Below, piece after piece: positions 50,213 through 59,417 of a DNA stretch of 64,000 nt. The position numbers and the translations under genes were made by a program. The notes beneath the pieces are model-generated. The model searched no databases. It was not told the DNA's origin and saw nothing but the letters and a program-made list of their open reading frames with translations. Source of the DNA: an uncultured Acidobacteriota bacterium. GTDB lineage: Bacteria; Acidobacteriota; Vicinamibacteria; Vicinamibacterales; UBA2999. Position 1 is the stretch's first letter. Every line of letters begins with the position of its first letter. The stretch is from positions 881,068-945,067 of the forward strand of contig CAWEBU010000009.1 of NCBI GenBank assembly GCA_963807405.1, given 5' to 3'.

Positions 50213-52035
50213 TGGCAGCACACGCGTCCTACAGCTACGACGTCCTCGTCATTGGCGCCGGCGGCGCCGGCCTGCGCGCCGCCATCGAGGCCGCCACCGG
50301 CGGCGCGACGGTCGGTCTCATCTGCAAGTCGCTGCTCGGCAAGGCCCACACCGTGATGGCCGAGGGCGGCATGGCCGCGGCCATGGCCAACGTCGACGAC
50401 CGCGACAACTGGAAGGTGCACTTCGCCGACACCATGCGCGGCGGCCAGTACGTGAACAACTGGCGCATGGCCGAACTGCACGCCAGGGAGGCGCCCGACC
50501 GGGTGCGCGAACTCGAGGCGCTGGGGCGCGGTGTTCGACCGCACCGCCCGACGGCCGGATCAACCAGCGCAACTTCGGCGGTCATCGCTACCCGCGACTG
50601 GCGCACGTCGGCGACCGCACCGGCCTCGAGCTGATCCGCACGCTGCAGGACCACACCGTCTACCTCGGGGTGACCGTGCACATGGAGCACACGGTGATCG
50701 AGCTGCTGCTCGACGACGGCCGCGTCGGCGGGCGCGCTGGCCTACGACCGCGAGCGCGGCCGCTTCCACGTGTTCGCGGCCAAGGCGATCGTGCTCGCGA
50801 CCGGCGGCGTCGGGCCGCGCCTTCAAGATCACGAGCAACAGCTGGGAAGGCACCGGCGACGGCCACGCGCTCGCCTATCGCGCCGGTGCCGAGCTGCATC
50901 GACATGGAGTTCATCCAGTTCCATCCGACCGGCATGGTGTGGCCGCCGAGCGTGAACGGCATTCTCGTCACCGAGGGCGTGCGCGGAGAAGGGCGGCGTG
51001 CTGAAGAACAGCGAGGGCCGCCGCTTCATGTTCGACGACATCCCCGACAACTACAAACCGCAGACCGCCTCCGATCCCGAGGAAGGCTGGCGCTACACCC
51101 AGGGCGACAAGAGCGCGCGTCGTCCGCCGGAACTGCTCACCCGCGACCACGTCGCGCGCTGCATCAACCGCGAGGTGAAGGCCGGCCGCGGCTCCCCGCA
51201 CGGCGGCGTCTTCCTCGACATCGCGTGGATCAAGGAGAAGCTCGCCGACGCGGCCGAACACATCAAGCGCAAGCTGCCGAGCATGTACCACCAGTTCAAG
51301 GAACTGGCGGATCTCGACATCACGACGACGCCGATGGAAGTCGGGCCGACGACGCACTACATCATGGGCGGCATCCGGGTCGATGCCGACACGCAGGAGT
51401 CGACGATCCCGGGACTGTTCGCCGCCGGCGAGTGCGCGGCCGGCATCAACGGCGCCAACCGCCTGGGCGGCAATTCGCTGTCGGACCTGATCGTCTTCGG
51501 CAAGCGGGCCGGCGAGTACGCGGCCCAGTTCGCGCGCACGGGCGCCATGCCGACGCTCGATGACGGCGCCGTGGACCGGGCGCTGAAGGAGTCGCTGGCG
51601 CCCTTCGAACGCGGCAGCGCCGGCGAGAACCCCTACAAGGTGCAGCAGGATCTGCAGGACACCATGCAGGAGCTGGTCGGCATCGTCCGGACCGAGAGCG
51701 AGATGCAGGACGCCGTCCGGCAACTGGCCGGCTTCAACGAGCGCGCCGCGCGGGCCGGCGTCGACGGCCATCGCGAGTTCAACTCCGGCTGGCACACCTG
51801 CCTCGACCTGCGCAATCTGCTCGACGTCTCCGAGGCCATCGCGCGCTCGGCCATCGAGCGCAAGGAGAGCCGCGGCGGCCACTTCCGCGAGGACTATCCC
51901 GAGAAGGTCGCCGAGTTCGGCCGCTTCAACATCGCCACCCGACGCCAGGCCGACGGCACGATGGCGGTCTCGCGGCTCCCGCTGACCGAGATGCCGGCCG
52001 AGCTGAAGCAGGTCGTCGAGGAACAGAAAACATAG
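50212..52035 (+). CDS. sdhA: Succinate dehydrogenase/fumarate reductase flavoprotein, Sdh1 type (frameshifts about 50520-50995)
   Basis: IGAGGAG, KAHTVMAEGG, MEFIQFHPTG, TEGVRGEG, THYIMGG, GANRLGGNSL and ESRGGH. Confidence 0.88.
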
Positions 52036-52113
52036 CGGCTAGCGGCTCGCGGGCGGGGGCCGGGGCCAGGGCTCGTCACACAGTCATCGACCGTCAAGGG
52101 GCCAGGACACGTG

Positions 52114-52860
52114 ATGCAGGCAACGTTCCAGATCTGGCGGAGCACTCCTGGCGAATCGGGCCAGGGGGGATTTCAGACCTACACGACCGAGATCTCCGAA
52201 GGCATGGTCGTGCTCGACGCCGTGCACCGCATCCAGGCCGAGCAGGCCCCCGATCTCGCCTGCCGCTGGAACTGCAAGGCCGGCAAGTGCGGCTCGTGCT
52301 CGGCGGAGATCAACGGCAAGCCGCGGCTGATGTGCATGAGCCGGCTCAACTCGCTCGACCTGAACGAGCCGGTCACCGTCGAGCCGATGCGGACGTTTCC
52401 GCTCATCAAGGACCTGGTCACCGATGTGTCGTGGAACTTCCGCATCAAGAAGGGGCTGAAGAAGTTCTCGCCGCGCCCGGCGGACGCGCCTGACGGCACC
52501 TGGCGGATGGCCCAGCGCGACGTCGACCGCGTGCAGGAGTTCCGCAAGTGCATCGAGTGCTTCCTGTGCCAGGACGTGTGCCACGTGCTGCGCGATCACG
52601 ACAAGCACGACGAGTTCATCGGCCCGCGCTTCCTGGTCTACACGGCCGCCCTCGAGATGCATCCGCTCGATACCGGCGACCGCCTCCGCGACCTCAAGGA
52701 CGCCAACGGCATCGGCTACTGCAACATCACCAAGTGCTGCACGAAGGTGTGCCCGGAGCACATCCAGATCACCGACAATGCCATCATCCCGCTCAAGGAG
52801 CGGGTCGTCGATCGGTTCTACGATCCAGTGACGCGGCTGTTGCGGATGATCACGGGCTAG
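52114..52860 (+). CDS. sdhB: Succinate dehydrogenase iron-sulfur subunit, Sdh1 type
   Basis: RWNCKAGKCGSC...C, CIECFLCQDVC and CNITKCCTKVCP. Confidence 0.9.
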   Translation: MQATFQIWRSTPGESGQGGFQTYTTEISEGMVVLDAVHRIQAEQAPDLACRWNCKAGKCGSCSAEINGKPRLMCMSRLNSLDLNEPVTVEPMRTFPLIKDLVTDVSWNFRIKKGLKKFSPRPADAPDGTWRMAQRDVDRVQEFRKCIECFLCQDVCHVLRDHDKHDEFIGPRFLVYTAALEMHPLDTGDRLRDLKDANGIGYCNITKCCTKVCPEHIQITDNAIIPLKERVVDRFYDPVTRLLRMITG

Positions 52861-52900
52861 GGCCCGGGCACCCCACGGCGCTCACGCGACGGAGGAAGCG

Positions 52901-53404
52901 ATGTTCGAACTCAAACGGCTGTCGGCGTCCGCCATTCCCGCAGCCCTCGCCAAGGCCGAACGCTATCGGCTGCTGAACGAACCGGAGCAGGCGCGGAGCA
53001 TCTGCGAGGACATCCTCGTCGCCGAGCCCGGCAACCGGACGGCCACGACCATGCTGCTGCTCTCGCTGACCGATATGTTCCCCGACCAGGAGGCCGGCAC
53101 GCTGTCACGCGCGCAGCAGCTGCTCGGCACCTTCGAGGCGGAGTACGACCGCTGCTACTTCGCCGGTCTGATTGCCGAGCGGCGGGCGCGGGCGCTGCTG
53201 CACCGCAGCGGCCAGTGGCGCACGCTCACGGCCGGCGAGCTGCTGCGCGAGGCCATGGCGGCCTATGAGCGTGCCGAGGCGCTGAAGCCGGCCGACAACG
53301 ACGACGCGCTGCTGCGGTGGAACGCCTGCGCGCGCCTGTTCGAGGCGCAGCCGGAGCTGATGGTCACCGACGACGTGCCGACCGCGCCGGTGATGCTGGA
53401 GTAG
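52901..53404 (+). CDS. Hypothetical helical (TPR-like) protein
   Basis: GGAGG RBS; clean ORF with 'AERYRLLNEP..A.SIC' and 'DA.LRWN.C' segments. Confidence 0.65.
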   Translation: MFELKRLSASAIPAALAKAERYRLLNEPEQARSICEDILVAEPGNRTATTMLLLSLTDMFPDQEAGTLSRAQQLLGTFEAEYDRCYFAGLIAERRARALLHRSGQWRTLTAGELLREAMAAYERAEALKPADNDDALLRWNACARLFEAQPELMVTDDVPTAPVMLE

Positions 53405-53437
53405 CGGACGACGACGGGACCAGGAGAGCCAGACGAC

Positions 53438-54559
53438 ATGCGCGCCGTGCTCGCGACCATCGGCGTGTTCGCCCTCTGGCTGGCCACCGCGCCGGACCTC
53501 GTGCGCGGTCAGTCGCCACCCGGGCGGGCCGGGCACGTGATCCTGGTGACGCTCGACGGCGCCCGCTGGCAGGACGTCTTCGGCGGCGTCGACCTCGACA
53601 TCCTGCGCAGCACGAGCGGCGAGACGCCGGTCGAGCGGACCGAGACCTACCAGCGCTTCTGGGCCGCCACGCCCCAGGAGCGCCGGGCCAAGGTCATGCC
53701 GTTCCTGTGGAATCGCCTGGTCGCGCAGGAGGGGACCATGCTCGGCAACCGCGCCCTCGGCAGCCGGGTCGAGGTGGCCAACGCCCATCGTTTCTCGTAT
53801 CCCGGCTACAGCGAGATGCTGACCGGCGCCCCGCACGACGACGTCATCGTCAGCAACGACAACCGGCGCTACCCGTTCCTGACGGTGCTCGAGTGGCTGC
53901 GCCGCGATCTGTCGCTGCCGGCCACGGGCGTGGCGGCGTTCGGATCCTGGGAGACGTTCAACTCCATCACCGCGCGCGACGCCGGTGCCATCACGGTCAA
54001 CGCCGGCTTCGCGGCGTTCGACCATCCCGATCCGGCGATTCGCACACTGAGCGAGCTGCAGTTCCTCACGCCCAACGGATTCCACGGCGCCCGCCACGAC
54101 ATCTACACGTTCCGGTTCGGGCTGGCGCATCTCATGACCGCCCGGCCGCGCGTGCTCTACTTCGCGTTCGACGAGACCGACGACTGGGCTCACCTGAAGC
54201 GCTACGACCTCGTGCTCGACGCCTTGCACCGCTCCGACGCCCAACTCGAACAGCTGTGGACGTGGTTGCAGGCCGACCCCGAGTACGCCGGCCGGACCAC
54301 GCTGGTCCTCACCGTCGATCACGGGCGCGGCCGCACGGCCGCCGACTGGTCCGACCACGGCGCCCGCGTCACCGGGGCGCACGAGACATGGGTGGGCTGC
54401 TTCGGCCCCACCGTGACGGCACGAGGGGAATCGCGCGCGGCCGGCCCGTTCCAGCAGCAGCAGATCGCCGCCACGCTGGCGGCCGTGCTCGGACGCGACT
54501 TCCAGGCCGCCGTCCCTGGCGCCGCGCCGCCGCTGGCCGCGTGCGCCGGCGTTCGCTGA
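53438..54559 (+). CDS. Secreted alkaline phosphatase superfamily protein
   Basis: 'LVTLDGARW', 'FSYPGY' (Ser nucleophile), 'DETDDWAH', 'TVDHG' and C-terminal 'QIAATLA'. Confidence 0.75.
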   Translation: MRAVLATIGVFALWLATAPDLVRGQSPPGRAGHVILVTLDGARWQDVFGGVDLDILRSTSGETPVERTETYQRFWAATPQERRAKVMPFLWNRLVAQEGTMLGNRALGSRVEVANAHRFSYPGYSEMLTGAPHDDVIVSNDNRRYPFLTVLEWLRRDLSLPATGVAAFGSWETFNSITARDAGAITVNAGFAAFDHPDPAIRTLSELQFLTPNGFHGARHDIYTFRFGLAHLMTARPRVLYFAFDETDDWAHLKRYDLVLDALHRSDAQLEQLWTWLQADPEYAGRTTLVLTVDHGRGRTAADWSDHGARVTGAHETWVGCFGPTVTARGESRAAGPFQQQQIAATLAAVLGRDFQAAVPGAAPPLAACAGVR

Positions 54560-54659
54560 AGCCAGCCGCGGCCCCGCCGTGATCGCCACGGGCGCAGCGC
54601 TCGCGCTTCTCCCGCCGCTGTCCTGGAGCCCGCGGACGCCGTGCTAACGTGTGGCACGT

Positions 54660-56129
54660 ATGCACACCGGCTCCTACGTCAACGGCACCTGGTACCACCC
54701 CGCGTCGAGCGAGCACGCTCGCAACATCAACCCGGCCGACACCGCCGACGTGATCGCCGAGTTCCCGCTGGCCACCGCGGCCGACGTCGGGCGCGCCATC
54801 GACGCCGCGACGGCGGCGTGGAAGGGCTGGCGCAAGACACCCGGTCCCGAGCGTGGCCGCGTGCTGTGGCGGGCGGCCGAGATCGCGCGCCGCCGGGCGG
54901 ACGAGATCGCCCGCACGCTCACGCGCGAAGAGGGCAAGGTTCTGAAGGAGGCCAAGGGCGAGGTCACCAAGGGCATCTCGCTGCTCGAGGACTACGCCGG
55001 CGAGGGCTTCCGCATGCACGGCCGCACACTGCCGTCGGAAGCCCGCGACACGTTTGCCTACACCCTGCGCCAGCCGCTCGGCATCGTCGGCCTGATCGCG
55101 CCCTGGAACTTCCCGTGGGCGATCCCGGTGTGGAAGTCGGCGCCGGCGCTCGTGGCCGGCAACTGCGTGGTGTTCAAGCCGTCGGAGCTGGTGCCGGCGA
55201 CGGCCGCCCTGCTGACCGAGGTCTACGAGGAAGCCGGGCTGCCGCCGGGCGTCTTCAACATGGTGGTCGGCAGCGGGCCCGAAGTGGGCGAGGCGATGGT
55301 GCAGGCGCCGGCCCTGCGCGCCATCTCGTTCACCGGGTCGAACCGCGTCGGCGGCGAGCTGTATGTGAAGGCGGCGCGGCGCGGCGCCAAGGTGACCTGC
55401 GAGATGGGCGGCAAGAACGCCGTCATCGTGATGCCTGACGCCGACCTCGATCGGGCCGCGGCGGCCATCCACGGCGGCGCGTTCGGCTCGACCGGCCAGC
55501 GCTGCACGGCCACGTCACGTGTCATCGCGCACCCCGACATCAAGCAGGCGCTGGTCGACCGCCTGGTCGCGTCGGCCGAGAAGATCAAGGTGGGGCCCGG
55601 CCTCGACGAAGCGATGGAGATGGGGCCGTCGATTGCCGACAAGCAGTGGCAGACCGTGATGGACTACATCGAGGCCGGCCGCCAGGGCGGCGCCCGCCTG
55701 CTGACCGGCGGCACGCGGCCCGACCATCTGGCGCAGGGCTACTTCATCGCGCCCACCATCTTCGACGATGTCGATCCGGGCATGCGGATCTTCAAGGAGG
55801 AGATCTTCGGGCCGGTGCTGGCGGTGACCACCGCCACCTCGCTCGAGGAGGCGCTGCACAAGGCCAACGGCGTCGAGTACGGCCTGACCACCTCGATCTT
55901 CACGCAGGACATCAACACCGTGATGCGCTTCGTGGAGGACGTGGAAGTCGGGATGGTGCACGTCAACGAACCGACGGTTGGGGGGGAAGCGCAGCTGCCT
56001 TTCGGCGGCACCAAGTCCACCGGCGTCGGCGAACGCGAGATGGCGGAAGAGGGGCTGAACTTCTTCACCGACATCAAGACCGTGTTCGTGAACTACGGCG
56101 GCGCGGCCGACCGCTCGCTGACGCGCTGA
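54660..56129 (+). CDS. Aldehyde dehydrogenase family protein
   Basis: PWNFP, KPSE, FTGS, EMGGKN, GQRCTA, EEIFGPV and PFGG.K. Confidence 0.92.
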   Translation: MHTGSYVNGTWYHPASSEHARNINPADTADVIAEFPLATAADVGRAIDAATAAWKGWRKTPGPERGRVLWRAAEIARRRADEIARTLTREEGKVLKEAKGEVTKGISLLEDYAGEGFRMHGRTLPSEARDTFAYTLRQPLGIVGLIAPWNFPWAIPVWKSAPALVAGNCVVFKPSELVPATAALLTEVYEEAGLPPGVFNMVVGSGPEVGEAMVQAPALRAISFTGSNRVGGELYVKAARRGAKVTCEMGGKNAVIVMPDADLDRAAAAIHGGAFGSTGQRCTATSRVIAHPDIKQALVDRLVASAEKIKVGPGLDEAMEMGPSIADKQWQTVMDYIEAGRQGGARLLTGGTRPDHLAQGYFIAPTIFDDVDPGMRIFKEEIFGPVLAVTTATSLEEALHKANGVEYGLTTSIFTQDINTVMRFVEDVEVGMVHVNEPTVGGEAQLPFGGTKSTGVGEREMAEEGLNFFTDIKTVFVNYGGAADRSLTR

Positions 56130-56162
56130 CGCGCTGACGCGCGACGACGCCGTACAAGACCA

Positions 56163-56195
56163 CGGGGGAGCCGGAGTCGTGCTCCCGCTCCCCCG
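56163..56195. terminator. Hairpin between convergent genes, putative terminator
   Basis: CGGGGGAGC-CGGAG/CTCCC-GCTCCCCCG: a 14-bp stem with one mismatch and a 5-nt loop. Confidence 0.55.
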
Positions 56196-56266
56196 CTCGA
56201 CACTTCTCTTGTCTTGCAGGTCGCCCCGAGCCCCGCGTCCGGGACCCGGAACCCGAGCCGCGGCCC

Positions 56267-58948
56267 CTAGAACGACCAGCGCGCGCCGAACGTGATCTGG
56301 CGTGGCGCCACCACGGCAGTGGCGCCGCCGAAGTCGACGACGTTCCCCGTGATCGTCACGCTCGGGAAGCGGGCGTTCCGCGTCAGCGCCGCGCCGGTGT
56401 TGAACATGTTCTCGACGTCGGCGTAGAGCCCGAAGCGATGCACGTCGGCCGAGAAGACCTTCTCCAGGCGCAGATCGACCGTGCGCACGGCCTCGGTGCG
56501 GTAGCGGCCCTGCTCCTCGAGGTGGATGTCCACGGACGAGGTCCAGTTGACGCGGCTCGAGGCCACGCGGTTGAACGGCGTGTAAGTGCGCCCGCTGGTG
56601 GCGCGGAAGAAAGCGTTCACCGACACCTCGATCTTCGGGATCTGGTAGCCGGCGAAGACCTTCAGCTCGTGCGGCCGGTCGAGCGGCACGCGGCCGTCGC
56701 GGTTGATGAGGCTGGTGTTGGGCGTCTCCCACGTGGCGCTCGACACGCCCTCGAACGTGCCGGTGGTCACGGTGCCGACGGTCTTCGAGAAGACGTATGA
56801 GGCCTGCCCCTGCCAGCGGTTCGAGAAGCGCTTGGTCAGCACGAACATCGCGCCGTTGTAGTCGCGGTAGGCGTCGATGCCGCCGGCGCCAGGGTAGGTC
56901 ACCGTGTCGAGGTTGTCGATGACGAACTTCTGCGGGATCGAGGCCCGGTTGGCCCAGCCGTAGATCGATGTCGCCTGGCCGGTCTTCGGGTTCGTGAACG
57001 CCACCGGGTTCCATTGGCCGTCGATGAGCGTCGAGTTGAGGAAGTTGGTCGCCTCGCGCCGGATGTAGGTGGCGGTGAAACGCATCTCCTGCCCCAATTG
57101 CTGCTCGTAGGCGACGTTGTATTCGTTGGTGCGGGGATGCTTGATACCGTCCGCCACCGTGTACTTGCTGTCACCGAGGATGCGGTCGATCTCCGTGCGC
57201 TGGCCGCCGCCCAGCTCTTCGTAGATGACGTAGTCGCCGATCCCCGGCACGGCGCGGCTCCAGGAGGTGAAGACGGCGCCGTCGTAGAGCTGGCCGTAGA
57301 ACCCCTTCAGCACCGAGGTGCCGCGTCCGGTGAGGTCGATGGCCACGCCGAGGCGCGGGCTGACCGAGTTGGTGCTGTAGTACTCGACGCCGTCGCTGCC
57401 GTCGCCACGGATGCCGTCGAAGCGGACGCCGAGGTTGGCCGTGACGCGGCCCTTGGTCCACTGGTCCTGGGCGTAGGCGCTGGTGCGCTTGTTGGTGCCC
57501 TTCACGTCGTAGCTGTAGGCATAGGACAGGTAGGGCTGGCCGCCGATGTCGTAGAAGAACAGGCCATCGGTGTAGCCGTAGCGGTTGCGGACGGTGCTGC
57601 GCTCGATCTCGACGCCGAACTTGAAGGCATGGGTGCCGGCGGCCTCCACGTAGCGGGTCAGCGAGGCGTTGACCTGGTTGCGCAGGCGATCGTACTTGGC
57701 GCTGTAGCCGGCGCCGCCCGAGTACGATCCGTCGTCGTCGAGCCGCGCCGGCACGGCGTTGATCGGGTCGAGATCGAAGTAGCCCCAGTAGCCGGTGAGC
57801 TTGGTTTCGAAGAACGAGGAGTTGCCGAACACCTTGCGGTATTGCCCGTTCCAGATGAACTCGGGCGAGTCCTGCTCGATGGTGCGCTCGTCGGTGGTGT
57901 TGGCGGCGCCGCCCAGGCCGGTGCGTCCGGCCTGGTTGTACTGGTCGTACTGGACGTTGGCGCTGAAGTTGTCGGTCGAGGTCGGCTGGAAGGTGAACTT
58001 GAAGTTGAAGCGCGGGCTCACCTCCGTGCGCACCGTGCGCGGTCCGTCCGGGTCCTGCTTGATCGAGTAGCGCTGGATGCTCCCGAAGAAGAAGGCCTTG
58101 TCACGCTTGATCGGCCCGCCCAGCTGCACGGTGTAGTCGCTCAGCTTGTCGACGCCGGACGCGCGCAGCGTCGGGTTCTCGCCCGTGATCGTGCTGCTGA
58201 TGTTGTCGCCGCGCAGGTCCTTCGACGTATAGCGGTACTCGGACAGGCTCGAGAAGGCGTTGCCGCCCGACTTGGTGATGGTGTTGACGACGGCGCCGCT
58301 GAAGCCGCCGTACTCGGCCGGCTGGCCGAGGCCGCCGACTTCGACCGTGTCGATGATGTTGTAGTTGAAGAACGTCCACGCGGTGCCGCCCTCCGGGTCG
58401 CGCGTGTCGACGCCGTCGAGCAGCAGCGCGTTGGCGGAATCCGCCGCGCCGCCGAAGGCCGAGCCGCTGTTCACGCCGGGCGTGTAGTTGAGCATGTTGA
58501 CGGCGGCGTTGGTGCGCGAGATCGGCATCGCGAACAGCAGGTCCTGCGAGATCGAGGTGTCGGTCGAGGTCGACGTGGTGTCGACCGACGCGGTGGCCGT
58601 GACCTGCACCGTCTCCTCGAGACCGCCGAGCGCCAGTTGCACGCGGACCTGCGCGGTGGCGCCGATGGTCACGGTGACACGCTGTTCGAAGGGCCGGAAG
58701 CTCGACAGCACGGCGCGCACGACGTAGTCGCCGGGCGCGACCCCGATGAATCGGAAGGCGCCGGCGTCATCGGCCGTCTGTTCCGCGGCGCCGGTGCGCC
58801 CGGTGAGGGTCACCGACACGCCGGGCAGCACCTGCCCCTGCTGATCGGTGACGGTGCCGGCGACGGTGCCCGAGAGCGTCTGGGCGTTGGCGGCCGTGAC
58901 GGCGGCGAGGAGGAGAGCAGCAATGAGGACGCGCGTGAGGATCGCCAT
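56267..58948 (-). CDS. TonB-dependent receptor with carboxypeptidase-regulatory-like N-domain (Oar type)
   Basis: 'GTVTDQQG.VLPGV.VTL', plug 'AEYGGFSGAVVN.ITKSGGN', 'GGPIKRDK.FFF' and C-terminal 'GARWSF'. Confidence 0.88.
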   Translation of the reverse strand: MAILTRVLIAALLLAAVTAANAQTLSGTVAGTVTDQQGQVLPGVSVTLTGRTGAAEQTADDAGAFRFIGVAPGDYVVRAVLSSFRPFEQRVTVTIGATAQVRVQLALGGLEETVQVTATASVDTTSTSTDTSISQDLLFAMPISRTNAAVNMLNYTPGVNSGSAFGGAADSANALLLDGVDTRDPEGGTAWTFFNYNIIDTVEVGGLGQPAEYGGFSGAVVNTITKSGGNAFSSLSEYRYTSKDLRGDNISSTITGENPTLRASGVDKLSDYTVQLGGPIKRDKAFFFGSIQRYSIKQDPDGPRTVRTEVSPRFNFKFTFQPTSTDNFSANVQYDQYNQAGRTGLGGAANTTDERTIEQDSPEFIWNGQYRKVFGNSSFFETKLTGYWGYFDLDPINAVPARLDDDGSYSGGAGYSAKYDRLRNQVNASLTRYVEAAGTHAFKFGVEIERSTVRNRYGYTDGLFFYDIGGQPYLSYAYSYDVKGTNKRTSAYAQDQWTKGRVTANLGVRFDGIRGDGSDGVEYYSTNSVSPRLGVAIDLTGRGTSVLKGFYGQLYDGAVFTSWSRAVPGIGDYVIYEELGGGQRTEIDRILGDSKYTVADGIKHPRTNEYNVAYEQQLGQEMRFTATYIRREATNFLNSTLIDGQWNPVAFTNPKTGQATSIYGWANRASIPQKFVIDNLDTVTYPGAGGIDAYRDYNGAMFVLTKRFSNRWQGQASYVFSKTVGTVTTGTFEGVSSATWETPNTSLINRDGRVPLDRPHELKVFAGYQIPKIEVSVNAFFRATSGRTYTPFNRVASSRVNWTSSVDIHLEEQGRYRTEAVRTVDLRLEKVFSADVHRFGLYADVENMFNTGAALTRNARFPSVTITGNVVDFGGATAVVAPRQITFGARWSF

Positions 58949-58957
58949 GTGGGTACC

Positions 58958-59287
58958 TCAGCGGCCCGTGCTTCGGATGCGATCGTTGCGGGAGGAGTAG
59001 AACGCATAGCCCACCCCGGCACCGAAGATCGCGAGGGTGGCGATGCCGGCCGGCGACTTGAAGAACGAGCCGGAGCGCAGGTTGGTGCGGTCGGCAGGCG
59101 GCGTCTGCACGGGGCGCCGCTCTTTCATCACGCCGGCCTCCCGCACGGCGGCCAGACGCGCCGAGTCGACGAGGGACACACGCAAGGTGGGCGAATCCGC
59201 ATACGCGCGCGGCGGCAGGAGCAGGCCACCTGCCAGCAGGACGCACCCCAGTGCAACGAGCCGTGAATCGCGAGCATCTCTTGGCAT
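58958..59287 (-). CDS. Small exported/membrane hypothetical protein
   Basis: Signal-like N-terminus ending 'AYA' and a C-terminal TM helix; ends 9 bp upstream of the TonB receptor start. Confidence 0.55.
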   Translation of the reverse strand: MPRDARDSRLVALGCVLLAGGLLLPPRAYADSPTLRVSLVDSARLAAVREAGVMKERRPVQTPPADRTNLRSGSFFKSPAGIATLAIFGAGVGYAFYSSRNDRIRSTGR

Positions 59288-59417
59288 CGGTCGAACCCTC
59301 CATTCGAAGAAGAGCTGATGGCTGCGCACGAGAGCCAGGAAGCGACCCTTGGGCGCCGGCGGGATTGTCACACAAAGTAACGCGCTCGTCCCGACTCGGG
59401 GCAAACTAAACCCTGCA

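Noticed and set aside
56117-56141. (GCTGACGC)x3 tandem at the ALDH stop
   Set aside because: Short duplication around the stop codon with no sign of function; could be slippage or an artefact.
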